A stretch of DNA of 44,665 nt, from the NCBI GenBank assembly GCA_046290225.1, contig JBKAGE010000064.1, positions 1-44,665 of the forward strand. The letters run 5' to 3'. The position numbers and the translations under genes were made by a program. The notes below the pieces were generated by a model. The model was not told the DNA's origin, did no database searches, and saw only the letters and a list, made by a program, of their open reading frames with translations. Below, one piece after another: positions 18,781 to 29,397 of this stretch. The stretch comes from Bradymonadia bacterium (GTDB lineage Bacteria > Myxococcota_A > Bradymonadia > UBA7976 > UBA1532). Position 1 is the first letter of the stretch, and each line of letters begins with the position of its first letter.

Positions 18781-20817
18781 CGTGCAGAGCATCTCCACCA
18801 CAGTGAGCAGGCGACGGGCCGACACAGGTTTGGAGAGGTACTCGTCGGCACCAGCGGCGAGGGCCCGCTCTCGATCACCGGGCATGGCCAGGGCCGTGAG
18901 GGCGATGATGCGCAGTTTCGCGGTCTCGGGGTTGGCCCTCAACCGACGCATGGCCTCGAAGCCGTCCATCCCAGGCATCTGGATGTCCATGAGCACCAGA
19001 TCGGGGCTGTGTTTCTCGCAGGCGTCGATGGCCTCCTGGCCGTTCTGAGCGATGACGATCTCCATGCCCAGGGCCGTGAAGTGGGTCTTCAGATGCAACA
19101 CGTTGTTGATGTTGTCGTCGGCGATGACCACCTTGCGCACGTGACTCAGAGATGCACGCTGGTTGAGCACGACGGGGGTCGGTGAGGCCGGCAACACCAC
19201 CACCCGCTCCGGGGTGCTGCCCAGCGGCAGAAACACCGTGAACCGGCTGCCCCGATTCGGCTCGCTCTCCAGCTCCACCCGACCGCCGTGCAGCGCCGTG
19301 AGCTTGCTCACCAGCGCCAGGCCGAGGCCGGTGCCGTCGTGTCGCCGGTTCAGGCCACCGTCGCTCTGGATGAAGGGCTCGAAGAGCCGAGCGCGGCGCT
19401 CTTCGGGGATGCCCACGCCTGTGTCCCATACAGTGAAGGTCAACGCGTCACCATCAGCAGAGATCGCCACTTCGAGGCCCAGCCGCCCACCACTGGGGGT
19501 GAACTTCTTGGCGTTGCTCAGCAGGTTCACCAGGATCTGCTTCAAGCGGCGACGATCAGCAGGCACCCGCTCGACGGCGCCGTCCTTGGCATAGAACACG
19601 TCGATGTCTTTGCGGCGGGCCTGCTCCCGCACCAGCCTCAAGCTCTCCTCGCACACCTCGTCCACGTGCACCGAGGTGCGGTACAGCTCGAGGTGCCCGG
19701 CGTTGATCTTGGCCACGTCGAGGATGTCGGTGATGAGCGAGAGCAAGTGCAACCCGCTCTCCTCCACCGTCTTGAGGGCCTGCATCTGCTCGCTGTTCAC
19801 AGGGCCGAACAGGCCCTCGCTCACCGCCTCGCTCTGGCCGAGGATGGCGTTGAGGGGGGTGCGCAGCTCGTGGCTCATGTTGGCCAGGAACTCGTCTTTG
19901 AGGCGGGCGGCCCGGGCCAGCTGCTCGTTCGACTCCTCGAGGTGCTCACGCTGCATGCGCTGCTCGTGGATGTCGACGTGATAGCCCACGACGCGATCTG
20001 CTTCGCCGTGTTGATCTCGAATCACCAGCCCGTAGCTGGCGATCCACCGCCACGTACCCGACCGATCTCGCAAACGAAACTGGATGGCGAAACGAGAGTC
20101 TGCCCTCGGGTCCTCAACATGCTGCATGACCACACCCACGGTCTGATCGAGATCGTCGGGGTGCATGAGGCTGGTCCAGGTGTCGAAGCTGTTCACGAGC
20201 TCGGCGTCGCTGTAGCCCAGCTGAGACTTCCAGGTGGGTGACAGATAGACCTTGGTGGTCTTGACCTGCCAGTCCCACAGCCCGAGGTGACCGGCGCTCA
20301 CCGCCATCTCGAGGCGTCGGTTGGCTTCGAAGAGGGCGGCCTCTGCCCCACGGCGGGCGGTGATGTCCACGCTGATGCCCAGCACGTAGGTCTCGCCATT
20401 GGGGGCCTTCAGCGGGCGCTTGCGGGTGTCGAACCAGCACACCTGACCATTGGCGAGGGTGAAGCTCTCCTCAATGCGGATCTCTTCACCGGTCCGGAGC
20501 ACCTCCTGGTCCACCTTGTCGTAGACCTCGAGCTCGGCCTCGTTCTCGTGCACCGCGTCGTTGGCCTGACGCACGACGTCTTCAGGCTCGGCGCCGAAGA
20601 GACGCGCCACAGCCTGATTCACGAAGATGAACCGCCCATAGCGGTCTTTCACGAAGATGAGGTTCGGATCAGCGTCGAGGATCGACAGCATGAACAGTCG
20701 CTGCTCTTCGACGATGTCACCGCTCTCCGAGGTGAGCCTCTGGGCAAACCGACGGGACCACGCCGTAGGCACCTCTGGCGGCGGTACATTTTGAGGATCT
20801 TGCGTCTTGGACATCAC
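18775..20817 (-). CDS. Hybrid sensor kinase: PAS-PAS-HisKA-HATPase-REC
   Basis: FLANMSHELRTPLN, NLLSNA, DTGVG, GTGLGL, DIQMP and KPV motifs. Confidence 0.95.
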   Translation of the reverse strand: MMSKTQDPQNVPPPEVPTAWSRRFAQRLTSESGDIVEEQRLFMLSILDADPNLIFVKDRYGRFIFVNQAVARLFGAEPEDVVRQANDAVHENEAELEVYDKVDQEVLRTGEEIRIEESFTLANGQVCWFDTRKRPLKAPNGETYVLGISVDITARRGAEAALFEANRRLEMAVSAGHLGLWDWQVKTTKVYLSPTWKSQLGYSDAELVNSFDTWTSLMHPDDLDQTVGVVMQHVEDPRADSRFAIQFRLRDRSGTWRWIASYGLVIRDQHGEADRVVGYHVDIHEQRMQREHLEESNEQLARAARLKDEFLANMSHELRTPLNAILGQSEAVSEGLFGPVNSEQMQALKTVEESGLHLLSLITDILDVAKINAGHLELYRTSVHVDEVCEESLRLVREQARRKDIDVFYAKDGAVERVPADRRRLKQILVNLLSNAKKFTPSGGRLGLEVAISADGDALTFTVWDTGVGIPEERRARLFEPFIQSDGGLNRRHDGTGLGLALVSKLTALHGGRVELESEPNRGSRFTVFLPLGSTPERVVVLPASPTPVVLNQRASLSHVRKVVIADDNINNVLHLKTHFTALGMEIVIAQNGQEAIDACEKHSPDLVLMDIQMPGMDGFEAMRRLRANPETAKLRIIALTALAMPGDRERALAAGADEYLSKPVSARRLLTVVEMLCTQ

Positions 20818-21953
20818 GCCACCTCCGGGAAAGTGACCCGTACCTGGGTGCCCTGCCCAGGCTCGCTCTCGAACACGATGCTGCCCCCCCAGCCTTCTAC
20901 GAGTTGACGCACCACGGGCAAGCCCAGCCCAGTGCCCTTGCCCGGCGGCTTGGTGGTGAAGAACGGCTCGAAGATACGGGCGAGCACATCCGGACTCATG
21001 CCTGGGCCATTGTCGCTCACGGTGACCTGAGGGGGGCCACCCTCTTCGAGGATCACAGACACCTCGATGAGGCCCGCCCCATCATCCTTGAGGGCGTCAG
21101 CGGCGTTTCCAATCAAGTTCAAGAACACCTGCTCGATGTGAATGGGCACAGCCTCGACCAGGACCACCTGCTCGGGTCCGGTAAGCGTACAGCGCACATA
21201 ACGCGTCTTGCCCGTGAGGTTGAGCATCTCGGTGACGTCGCCCAGACGATGCATGAGATCGACCTCTTCGGTCTGCACCCCGGCAGGGCGGGCGAACCTC
21301 AGAATCGAGCTGGCGTGGCGCGTCACGTGCTCGGTGACGCGCCCGAGACTGCGAGTGAGCTCTTCGGGGATGGACGCCTGAAAATCGGGATCGTTCTTCA
21401 AGGCATAGTGCACCCCGGTGAGCACGGTGCTGATGTTGTTCAGCTCATGGCCGACACCGGCTGCGAAGGTGCCGATGGTGGCGAGGCGATCGGCGTGGAG
21501 CAGCTGCGCCCTGAGGCCTTCCACCTCTTTGCGGGCGGCGTCGCGTTGGGTGCGCACCAGCTGGTCATAGGCTCTGAGCTTGAGCTGGTTGGCCACCCTC
21601 GCCCTCAGCTCGGCACCGTGCACGGGCTTGCTCAGGAAGTCGTCGGCCCCCACCTTGAGGCCCTGGACCACCTCGCGCTTGCTGTCGAGGGCGGTGAGCA
21701 GCATGACCGGGGTGTGGGCGCGGCCGCTGAGCGCCTTCATGCGCCGACACACCTCGAAGCCATCGAGGCCCGGCATCATCACGTCGAGGAGCACGAGATC
21801 GGGTTTGACCTTCTCGAAGAGCTCCAGCCCGATGATGCCGTCCTCTGCCTGATGGATTGCGTATCCCTCGGTCGAGAGGAGATCACACGTGGTCTTCCGG
21901 CTCCAGCTGTCGTCGTCGACCACCAGCACCGAATACTGCCGAGGGGTCGGCAT
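20814..21953 (-). CDS. REC-HisKA-HATPase hybrid kinase (NtrB-like)
   Basis: VVDDD, DVMMP, HELNN, NAADA and [14 protein letters not shown] motifs; start uncertain, open frame extends to 22199. Confidence 0.9.
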   Translation of the reverse strand: MPTPRQYSVLVVDDDSWSRKTTCDLLSTEGYAIHQAEDGIIGLELFEKVKPDLVLLDVMMPGLDGFEVCRRMKALSGRAHTPVMLLTALDSKREVVQGLKVGADDFLSKPVHGAELRARVANQLKLRAYDQLVRTQRDAARKEVEGLRAQLLHADRLATIGTFAAGVGHELNNISTVLTGVHYALKNDPDFQASIPEELTRSLGRVTEHVTRHASSILRFARPAGVQTEEVDLMHRLGDVTEMLNLTGKTRYVRCTLTGPEQVVLVEAVPIHIEQVFLNLIGNAADALKDDGAGLIEVSVILEEGGPPQVTVSDNGPGMSPDVLARIFEPFFTTKPPGKGTGLGLPVVRQLVEGWGGSIVFESEPGQGTQVRVTFPEVA

Positions 21954-22164
21954 CGGGGTCTCGCTCGCCGCCAGGACCTCGGCCTGTGCACCGTCATTCT
22001 CGAACTGCTTCACGTATGGCTCCTGGACATCGACACCTTCTTCACTGAGTCGGCACGGGCCACTCCGGGTTTGAGCAAGCCATGAGGCTGGCCATCGAAG
22101 CGCGAACTCTTTATGACATGACGCCGTTCGGTCACACCAACAACCATCACGGGGAAGACAGAGC

Positions 22165-22566
22165 ATGCAGCGCCCGTTCTCGCACACAGCCGCCGTCACC
22201 CTCCTGCTGTTCGGTCAGATGGGCTGCGGGGCGACGCTGCGATATCCACACGACACTCCGGAGCGCATGGTGCAGTCCTGGCAAGACGCCTTCAATCGCG
22301 ATGAGCAGCAACAGCTCAGGCTGATGGTACACCCCGATCAGCGCGAGACCTTCGACCAGTACGCCAAAGACGTCGAAGCCCAGCTCGATCGCTACACGAT
22401 GGTGAAGTTCGCCGTGGGTGATCCCGTGGCCCTTGATGGTGGCCGCGTAGGTCGCTCGGTGACCTTCTATCTCGCCGACGAGCGCGCAGAAGCCGGGGCA
22501 GAGCCCGTCGACAATGACTCGGTCATCCTCAAATCGGACGGGCGGTGGTGGCTGTGGACATATTGA
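22165..22566 (+). CDS. Small hypothetical lipoprotein (possibly NTF2-like)
   Basis: Signal peptide ending MGC; C-terminal DGRWWL; directly upstream of the MltD-like gene. Confidence 0.6.
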   Translation: MQRPFSHTAAVTLLLFGQMGCGATLRYPHDTPERMVQSWQDAFNRDEQQQLRLMVHPDQRETFDQYAKDVEAQLDRYTMVKFAVGDPVALDGGRVGRSVTFYLADERAEAGAEPVDNDSVILKSDGRWWLWTY

Positions 22567-22568
22567 GC

Positions 22569-24476
22569 ATGCCATGGCGCGTCGGCCTGACCAGCACCTT
22601 GGGCGTGTTGCTCGCGATGGCCGCAGGGGCCAGCCCGCCCACGCCCCCTGTGGTCGATCTGGAGCGCGCTCTCACAGGGCCTGCCCCCGCATCTCGCTGT
22701 GCCCTGGCCGAAGGCTGTGAGCTCGACTGGTTTGCTGCAGAAGACGCCCTCGCTGGCCGCCTGACATCTACCGGTGGGCTCACGGGAGCACTCACCGCAC
22801 CCCCATGGCGGGGCAAGCCCCTGCCCGACTTGAGCCACGACGCCCTCGGCGTCACCCTCAACCCCTATGTCGAGCAGTTCATCGACTTCTTCACCGGCAG
22901 GGGCAAATCCACCTTCGCCCACTGGTACGCCAGAATGGGCCGTGAGCATGGCCTGATCACGGGCCTCCTCACCGAGGCAGGGCTGCCCGCGGACCTGATC
23001 TACGTCTGCATGATCGAGAGCGGCTTCTCCCCTGACGCCGTGAGCCCTGCAGGGGCCGTCGGGCTCTGGCAATTCACCGAGAACACGGGTGGTGCTTTTC
23101 AGCTCAAAGTCGATGACTGGATCGACGAGCGCCGCGATCGAGTCAAGGCCACTCGGGCGGCAGCGCGCTATCTCAAATCACTCCATCAGCGCTTCGGCAG
23201 CTGGCCTTTGGCCCTCGCGGCCTACAACGCCGGCCAGGGCACGGTGCAAAAGGCCATCAACCGCCACAACACCAATGATTATTGGGTGCTCGTCGATCGC
23301 GGCGCTCTGCCTCGGGAGGCCTCGCGCTATGTGCCCAAGATCATGGCAGCGCAGATCATCGGTCGCAGCCCGCACCTCTTCGGCTTCGAGGATGTGAAGC
23401 CAAAGGCGCCCCGGAGAGCGCAGACAGTGTCCACCCCTGGTGGGATCGATCTCGAGAAGCTCGCCCGCAGGGTGAAGGGGCTGACGTTCGACGAGCTCTC
23501 CGTCCTCAACCCCGAGCTGCGGCGAGGGTTTACGCCCCCCTACGGGGACGACTACCCCCTGCAGGTGCCCACCGCCAGTGCCAAGGCTGTGCGGGCGGTG
23601 GTGAGCGGTGGCGGCAAGGCCCTCACCGAATACACCGTGCGCTTTGGAGAGCGCGCCCGCGACATCGCACGTGATCACGCCATGGGCGTGAGCGCCTTCA
23701 GGCGGCTCAATGATCTGGGTGTACGCGGTGAGCCCTCGCCGGGGCAGACGGTGTTTGTGGCCGGGCAACGTTCGAAGTCGCCGCGGGCCGAAGAGGCGCT
23801 GGCGGTCTTGTCTTACGTGGCCCCGGACCTGGAGTTCGAGATCGGCGACCGGCAGACGGTGTATCTCCCGATCCGCTGGACGATGCCTGCTGAAGATGTG
23901 GCCCGCTTCTTCGGCGTCACTGTCGCCGACATCGCCATGTGGAACGGCCTCGACCCTCAGGTGCCATTGCTCCGGGGCATGGTGGTGCGCCTGTTCCTCG
24001 ATCAGCGATTCGATTTGAGCACCGCCGCGGTGGCCACCGCGAAGTCGGTACAGACAGTGAAGGCTGGCACGCCTGCGGCGAGCATCGTCAAAGCCGAGGC
24101 TGCGAAGGTGCAGCCTGCTGGGACCCGCTACATCGAGCACACCCTGGTGAAGGGGGATCGCCTCTGGAACCTCGCCCGCGCCCACGACACCACTGTGGAC
24201 GCCATCCGGGCAGCGAACGGCCTCGGACCCAAAGACCGCGTCAAGATCGGCACCGCGCTCAAGATACCCACCCGCAGCGCCCCCGCGCCCAAAGGCAAGG
24301 CCCGCCGCCGCGCCGCGAAGCCCGCCAGCGCCCGCCGCCGCACGCACACAGTGGGCAAGGGCGACTCGCTGTGGAAGATCGCGCGCAAGTACGGGGTCGA
24401 TGTCAAAGATCTCAAGCGACGCAACAAGCTCAAATCCGATGCGGTACGCCGAGGGCAGACGCTGGTGATCCCATGA
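22569..24476 (+). CDS. mltD: MltD-like lytic murein transglycosylase with LysM domains
   Basis: IESGF, AVGLWQF, AAYNAG, YVPKI and LNPEL motifs; C-terminal LysM repeats (GDRLWNLA, GDSLWKIA). Confidence 0.9.
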   Translation: MPWRVGLTSTLGVLLAMAAGASPPTPPVVDLERALTGPAPASRCALAEGCELDWFAAEDALAGRLTSTGGLTGALTAPPWRGKPLPDLSHDALGVTLNPYVEQFIDFFTGRGKSTFAHWYARMGREHGLITGLLTEAGLPADLIYVCMIESGFSPDAVSPAGAVGLWQFTENTGGAFQLKVDDWIDERRDRVKATRAAARYLKSLHQRFGSWPLALAAYNAGQGTVQKAINRHNTNDYWVLVDRGALPREASRYVPKIMAAQIIGRSPHLFGFEDVKPKAPRRAQTVSTPGGIDLEKLARRVKGLTFDELSVLNPELRRGFTPPYGDDYPLQVPTASAKAVRAVVSGGGKALTEYTVRFGERARDIARDHAMGVSAFRRLNDLGVRGEPSPGQTVFVAGQRSKSPRAEEALAVLSYVAPDLEFEIGDRQTVYLPIRWTMPAEDVARFFGVTVADIAMWNGLDPQVPLLRGMVVRLFLDQRFDLSTAAVATAKSVQTVKAGTPAASIVKAEAAKVQPAGTRYIEHTLVKGDRLWNLARAHDTTVDAIRAANGLGPKDRVKIGTALKIPTRSAPAPKGKARRRAAKPASARRRTHTVGKGDSLWKIARKYGVDVKDLKRRNKLKSDAVRRGQTLVIP

Positions 24477-24495
24477 CGACACACGTGAGGCATGC

Positions 24496-25704
24496 ATGCT
24501 CAAGGTAGAAGAGGCCCGACACCAGATCCTCGCAGCTGTACAGCCGCTGTCCTCCATCCGCGTCGACCTGATCTCCGCAGTGGGCCACGTGCTCGCGGCC
24601 CCCATCGTGGCGCGGCGAGCGCTGCCTCCGTGGGACAACTCCGCCATGGATGGTTATGCCGTCCGGGCTGGAGAGATCGAGGCCGGGGCCACACTGCCTG
24701 TGAGCCAGCAGATCCCCGCAGGCACGGCGCCTGCTCCCCTCGTCGAAGGCACCGTGGCGCGCATCTTCACCGGCGCCCCCATGCCCCCTGGGGCAGACTC
24801 GGTGGTGATGCAGGAGAACACCACGGCCCCATCCGCAGATCTGGGCACACCTCACATCACGTTCACCGAGGCAGCGCTCCTCGGCCGCCACGTGCGGCGG
24901 CGGGGCGAAGACGTCACTGAGGGTGCTGAGGTGCTCTCAGCAGGCCGAGTGCTCGCCCCCGGTGACATCGCCCTCGCAGCATCACAGGGTCGCAGCCAGC
25001 TGAGCGTCGTCCGCCCTCCTCAAGTGGCCATCGTCTCCAGCGGTGACGAGCTGGTGGATGTGGACGCAGGCCCTCCAGGGCCAGGGCAAATCGTGAACAG
25101 CAACGTGCTGGCCATCGCTGCGGCAGTGAGCGCCCTCGGGGCCCACCCCAGGGTGCTGCCCATCATCCCCGATGATCGTCAGGCCACCTTCAAGGCCCTC
25201 GCCGAGGCCGCCTCGGCGGATGTCTTGATCACCAGCGGCGGCGTGAGCGTCGGCGAGCATGATCACGTGGGTCATGTCATCAAAGCCCTCGCTGGAGAGA
25301 GCTTTGCCTTCTGGAAGGTGGCCATCAAGCCCGGCAAGCCTTTGATTTTCGGTCACATCGGCCGCTGTGCCACATTCGGCCTGCCCGGGAACCCGGTGAG
25401 CGCGCTGGTGACCTTCGAGCTCTTCGTCAAACCCGCTTTGCTGCGCATGATGGGGCACACCGATGTGCAGCCCCGGTTCCAATGGGCGGTCCTCGATGCA
25501 CCGCTGCGCGGTGGGGGCAGTCGGGAGCAATACATCCGCGTGGGCAGCCATCATGATGCCGAAGGCAGACTCCACGTGACGCCTCGAAAGCAGCAGTCCA
25601 GTGGTGCCCTGAGCAGCATCGGCGGTGCCGACGCTCTGGTGCGGGTGCCCATCGACAGCCCGCCCTTTGCTGCCGGCGATCGCATCGAGGCCCTGCCTCT
25701 GTAA
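24496..25704 (+). CDS. moeA: Molybdopterin molybdotransferase
   Basis: NSAMDGYA, IFTGAP, SGDEL, SGGVSVG, KPGKP and LPGNPVS motifs. Confidence 0.95.
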   Translation: MLKVEEARHQILAAVQPLSSIRVDLISAVGHVLAAPIVARRALPPWDNSAMDGYAVRAGEIEAGATLPVSQQIPAGTAPAPLVEGTVARIFTGAPMPPGADSVVMQENTTAPSADLGTPHITFTEAALLGRHVRRRGEDVTEGAEVLSAGRVLAPGDIALAASQGRSQLSVVRPPQVAIVSSGDELVDVDAGPPGPGQIVNSNVLAIAAAVSALGAHPRVLPIIPDDRQATFKALAEAASADVLITSGGVSVGEHDHVGHVIKALAGESFAFWKVAIKPGKPLIFGHIGRCATFGLPGNPVSALVTFELFVKPALLRMMGHTDVQPRFQWAVLDAPLRGGGSREQYIRVGSHHDAEGRLHVTPRKQQSSGALSSIGGADALVRVPIDSPPFAAGDRIEALPL

Positions 25705-25773
25705 CGTGCAACTGTAACGTCAACGCGCCAGAGCCCCCCGGTCTGGATTGACCCACCCCGCTTGACCCGTCGT

Positions 25774-25802
25774 TCAAGCGCCCTCCCCCCCTTGCACGAT
25801 AA
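25774..25802 (+). promoter_or_regulatory. Possible sigma28 (FliA)-type promoter for the flagellin gene
   Basis: TCAAG...CACGATAA resembles TAAA/TCAAG-GCCGATAA, but the spacer is about 2 nt longer than consensus. Confidence 0.3.
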
Positions 25803-25855
25803 TCCCAACGATAAACCAGAGCGCGTGCTTTATCGGGTGCGCGGAGGTCATTTCG

Positions 25856-27241
25856 ATGAAGATCAAAGGGATACAGGGTCAAACCCCGCTCCGAACCCAA
25901 CAGAAGAGCCAGGCGCGCCTCGAGAAGCTCCTGGCGCAGATGGCGTCGGGTAAACGGATCTCGAGCGCCAGTGACGATCCGGCAGGTATGGCCATCGCGA
26001 GCCGGATGACCGGGGAAATGCGGGGCCTCAACCAGGGCATGCGCAATCTCAGCGATGGCATCTCATATACGCAGACCGCAGAGGCGGGCCTCGGCAGCAT
26101 GAGTGATGCCCTCGGGCGTATGCGCGAGCTGGCGGTCCAGGCAGGGAATGGCACACTCAACGCCGCAGATCGAAAAATCATCCAGCAAGAGATGGATCAG
26201 CTCGCCCAGGGCATCAGCGACACTGCGCGGAGCACGGTCTTCAACGGCAAACGCCCTCTCATGGGCGACGGCCTGCAGATCGGTACGGGCCAGGGCAGCC
26301 CCATCGACATCCCGGGCTTCAACGGTGAAGCTGACCAGCTCGGACAAGGGGCAACCGTGGAGGGTGGTGCCATCGATGCCTCGGGTCTTCAAGCCGGTGA
26401 GCTCTCCATCAACGGCGTCGACATCCGCGCCACCCAAGCAGGAGACGATGCGCTGTCTACCGCCCATCCTGAGGGCAGCGCCATCGCCGTGGCTGCGGCG
26501 ATCAACGAGGCCACGGCACACACCGGCGTCACCGCGGAAGCGCAGGCCGCTGAGGTCGAAGGCGGCGACGTGCAGGGTGGCAGCCTTGGTGATGCCGATA
26601 CCCTCGAGATCAATGGAGTGAGCATCGCTGCCGAGGTGGAGGCGGACGACGCCGGAGGTGCTCTGACAGATGCCATCAATGCCGCAAGTGACGAGACCGG
26701 TGTCACCGCCAGCCTGAATGCAAACGGTGTGTTGCTGCTGAGATCGGCAGATGGGCGCAACATCGACCTTCAACTCGGTGGCAATGCCGGCACCATCACT
26801 GGCCTCTCTGCAGGGACCACCACCGGCACGGTGACGCTCTCCAGCGCCGACGCCATCGAGATAGATGGTGCAGACCCGGGAGACGCAGGTCTGAGCGCGG
26901 GCATCACAGGCCGGTCAAAGGCCACCTCTGTGGGTCGCATCGACGTCACCACGCCTCAGGGGGCCAATGACGCTCTGGCGAGCATCGATCGCGCCCTGGA
27001 AGAGGTGCTCGGGCAACGCTCACGGCTCGGAGCGGTACACAACCGCATGTCGGCGGGCATCGATCAGATGAGCCGCGCCTATGTACACCAGGCGGAAGCT
27101 CGCAGCCGCATCGAGGATGCGGACTACGCGCGGTTGTCCACGGAGAAAGCGAAGCAGCTGATTTTGGGTCAGGCAGGTGTGTCGATGCAGGCTCAAGCAA
27201 ACGTCAGCGCACACATCGCGGCCCAGCTGCTCACCGTGTGA
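25856..27241 (+). CDS. fliC: Flagellin
   Basis: SGKRISSASDDPAGMAI, RMRELAVQAGNGT, RSRLGAVHNR, SRIEDADYA and QAN motifs; ING-type hook-IN repeats in the variable region. Confidence 0.93.
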   Translation: MKIKGIQGQTPLRTQQKSQARLEKLLAQMASGKRISSASDDPAGMAIASRMTGEMRGLNQGMRNLSDGISYTQTAEAGLGSMSDALGRMRELAVQAGNGTLNAADRKIIQQEMDQLAQGISDTARSTVFNGKRPLMGDGLQIGTGQGSPIDIPGFNGEADQLGQGATVEGGAIDASGLQAGELSINGVDIRATQAGDDALSTAHPEGSAIAVAAAINEATAHTGVTAEAQAAEVEGGDVQGGSLGDADTLEINGVSIAAEVEADDAGGALTDAINAASDETGVTASLNANGVLLLRSADGRNIDLQLGGNAGTITGLSAGTTTGTVTLSSADAIEIDGADPGDAGLSAGITGRSKATSVGRIDVTTPQGANDALASIDRALEEVLGQRSRLGAVHNRMSAGIDQMSRAYVHQAEARSRIEDADYARLSTEKAKQLILGQAGVSMQAQANVSAHIAAQLLTV

Positions 27242-27261
27242 TCATGCTGTGCACACGATGT

Positions 27262-27636
27262 TCAATGGGCGAACTTCACCTCGAGGGTCGCGATGAGCTC
27301 GCCTCGATATCGCACGTGCACCTCGCGGGCCATGGTCTCTTCGTAGGGCTCACTGAACCGTACGGGCGTCCACTCAGAGGTGTCTCCAGGGCTGTCGAGG
27401 GCGCGGACGACGAGATCGAGGATCAGATGTGACTCGCTGGTGCCCTGGGGCGAAGCCCGCACCAGCGCCGCCTCTGCGGGTGATCCGCGCAGCTGCACTT
27501 CCCCCATGACGATGAGTGGTTTGGGCACAGAGGGCGGTACGATGGGCATCATGTCGACCCACGCCGACCAGCGGCGATGGCTCAACGGGCCACATGTGAT
27601 GGTGTCACCGTCGATGATTGCCTTTGCAGTGGTCAT
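27262..27636 (-). CDS. Hypothetical protein
   Basis: 124-aa ORF with upstream AAAGG; WSAWVDMMP...PQG...LILDL pattern; function unknown. Confidence 0.6.
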   Translation of the reverse strand: MTTAKAIIDGDTITCGPLSHRRWSAWVDMMPIVPPSVPKPLIVMGEVQLRGSPAEAALVRASPQGTSESHLILDLVVRALDSPGDTSEWTPVRFSEPYEETMAREVHVRYRGELIATLEVKFAH

Positions 27637-27837
27637 GTGAACGCCTTTCGTCGAGTTGCAGGTGTTGAGACACCGCTGAGCCAACGCATGTGCCGTGCCA
27701 GCCCTGCTTCACTTGCCTGCAATGGCGAAAAACGGTCATCAACCATGCGCATCTGGCACGCAGCGCTGTGCCGATGTGCCGACACGGTGCCAGAGTCAGA
27801 GCCCCACTTTCAGAGCCCCACTGTCAGGGCCCCAGAG

Positions 27838-29289
27838 TCAGCCCTCCACGCCAAAGCCCACACAGCTGCGTACGGCGGGCCCCATGCGCATCAGCGCGGT
27901 GAGCATGTGGGGTGATCGCATGACTTTCTGGGCCACCACGACGCCATCGTTCACATCCTGGCCATAGACGACCACCCGCCCCACCTGCCACGCCCGAACC
28001 ACCGCGATGGCCCAGCTCAACTCTACAGTGAGTGCTAGGCGCCCCAGCCCCCAGGCGACGTCTCGACGAAGCAGGTGCTGATGCCCGTACACCTCTGCCA
28101 GCATGGCAGTGCGCAACAGCCGTGGGCCGTCTTCATCCCCAGGCCGCACTCGCCCTGTCGGGACCAGGCCCAACAACCAGAGCATCCCCTTTCGGGCCAT
28201 CTCCAGCATCTCCGCTTGCAAATCCTCATCCTCGCCGGCGGCCATCAAGGCCTCGTCACAGGTCCCGATGAGCACCTTGAGCAATCCCTTGCGTTGCAAC
28301 GCTCGCCCGGCGACGCCGCGTACAGCCTCAGGCCAGGCATCTGAATCGCGCCACGCGAAGGCACCCACCGGCACCTTCGTCTTCACCAACGCCTCCAGCG
28401 TGTCACCGAGGGTGTCGAGCTCGGCGCCTTCTTCGAGGTGCGCGATCGCGTCGCTCCACCAGCGACGGTAATCTGCCCAGGTGGCGAACACCCCTGGGGC
28501 GAGCGGTACGGGCGTAGGGATGCGTAGATGTTGCACATCCGGGAGTGCATCGAGCTGCTCCACCTGAGCGCGTCGGGTCTCGGCATCGACGGCAGCGCCG
28601 GCCGTTGCTGAGGCGATGAAGCTTCGACACTCCATCTGCAAGCCCACGTACACCCCATCAGGGGTGGCAGTCAGGGTGTAGGGGAACTGGTTGCAGATCC
28701 CTGGCTTGGCCTCCGGGCCCGCGGCGGCGTGCACACGGCATCGCCCTTCGCCGTCGAGCATCACACACCCGCCTTCCTGACGGGCCATCAGCTTGAGCTG
28801 ACGATCCGAGGCCTCCACGGTCTCCACACAATCATCCCCAGATCGCCGCCCGGACACCTGCTGCCACAAAGAGAACGCGTCGATGGCCTGGATCGTACGC
28901 TCAGGCACCGGGCCCACCGTGACCCCACTGCACGAGGATCCGCAGCCCACGCACTGGTGGGCCAGAGATGCATGAAGTCTCAGCCCGGCTGCCGATCCCT
29001 TTGTGGCCTCACGTGCCTCGAAGAGCTCCTGTTGAATGCGCCAGAGCGGGCCGTCGAGCATCAGGCCTTCCTCCAGGGCCTTCACCGCCCGAAACACTCG
29101 ACCGGGATCAGCCTCGGGCAAAGCTTTGAGAAGCGCCTCGGGGGTTGTATGCCCCTCACCGAGGGCCTCGAAGATCGCAATCTGGAAAGCGTTGAGGGTG
29201 GCCGTCTGCGCGGTGATCGGATCACGCAGGTGCCAACGGTCAGCGCCCCGCTCTATTTCCAGGCCTGCGCGAGGCTTCGGGATGTACAT
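27838..29289 (-). CDS. YkgJ/FliB-like Cys-cluster protein with N-terminal winged-helix-like domain
   Basis: CVGCGSSC, GCVML...CRVH...KPGICNQFPY and a further Cys; ATG 29289 follows GAGGTGG. Confidence 0.75.
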   Translation of the reverse strand: MYIPKPRAGLEIERGADRWHLRDPITAQTATLNAFQIAIFEALGEGHTTPEALLKALPEADPGRVFRAVKALEEGLMLDGPLWRIQQELFEAREATKGSAAGLRLHASLAHQCVGCGSSCSGVTVGPVPERTIQAIDAFSLWQQVSGRRSGDDCVETVEASDRQLKLMARQEGGCVMLDGEGRCRVHAAAGPEAKPGICNQFPYTLTATPDGVYVGLQMECRSFIASATAGAAVDAETRRAQVEQLDALPDVQHLRIPTPVPLAPGVFATWADYRRWWSDAIAHLEEGAELDTLGDTLEALVKTKVPVGAFAWRDSDAWPEAVRGVAGRALQRKGLLKVLIGTCDEALMAAGEDEDLQAEMLEMARKGMLWLLGLVPTGRVRPGDEDGPRLLRTAMLAEVYGHQHLLRRDVAWGLGRLALTVELSWAIAVVRAWQVGRVVVYGQDVNDGVVVAQKVMRSPHMLTALMRMGPAVRSCVGFGVEG

Positions 29290-29397
29290 ATCCACCTCGA
29301 TGGAGCAGCGATGAATCACACCCTCGATGAGGTGTGTGCTCACCGGGTTCACACGACTTCACACAGCGTCGTGCTCGAAGTCGCTACTCTACATCCC

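Noticed and set aside
25700..25724. Short duplication TGTAACGT(G)CAAC at the moeA stop
   Set aside because: Two short copies only; most likely local slippage with no evident function
28729..29397. N-terminal extension of the response regulator ORF
   Set aside because: Overlaps the opposite-strand YkgJ-like gene; the REC domain begins at ATG 29398
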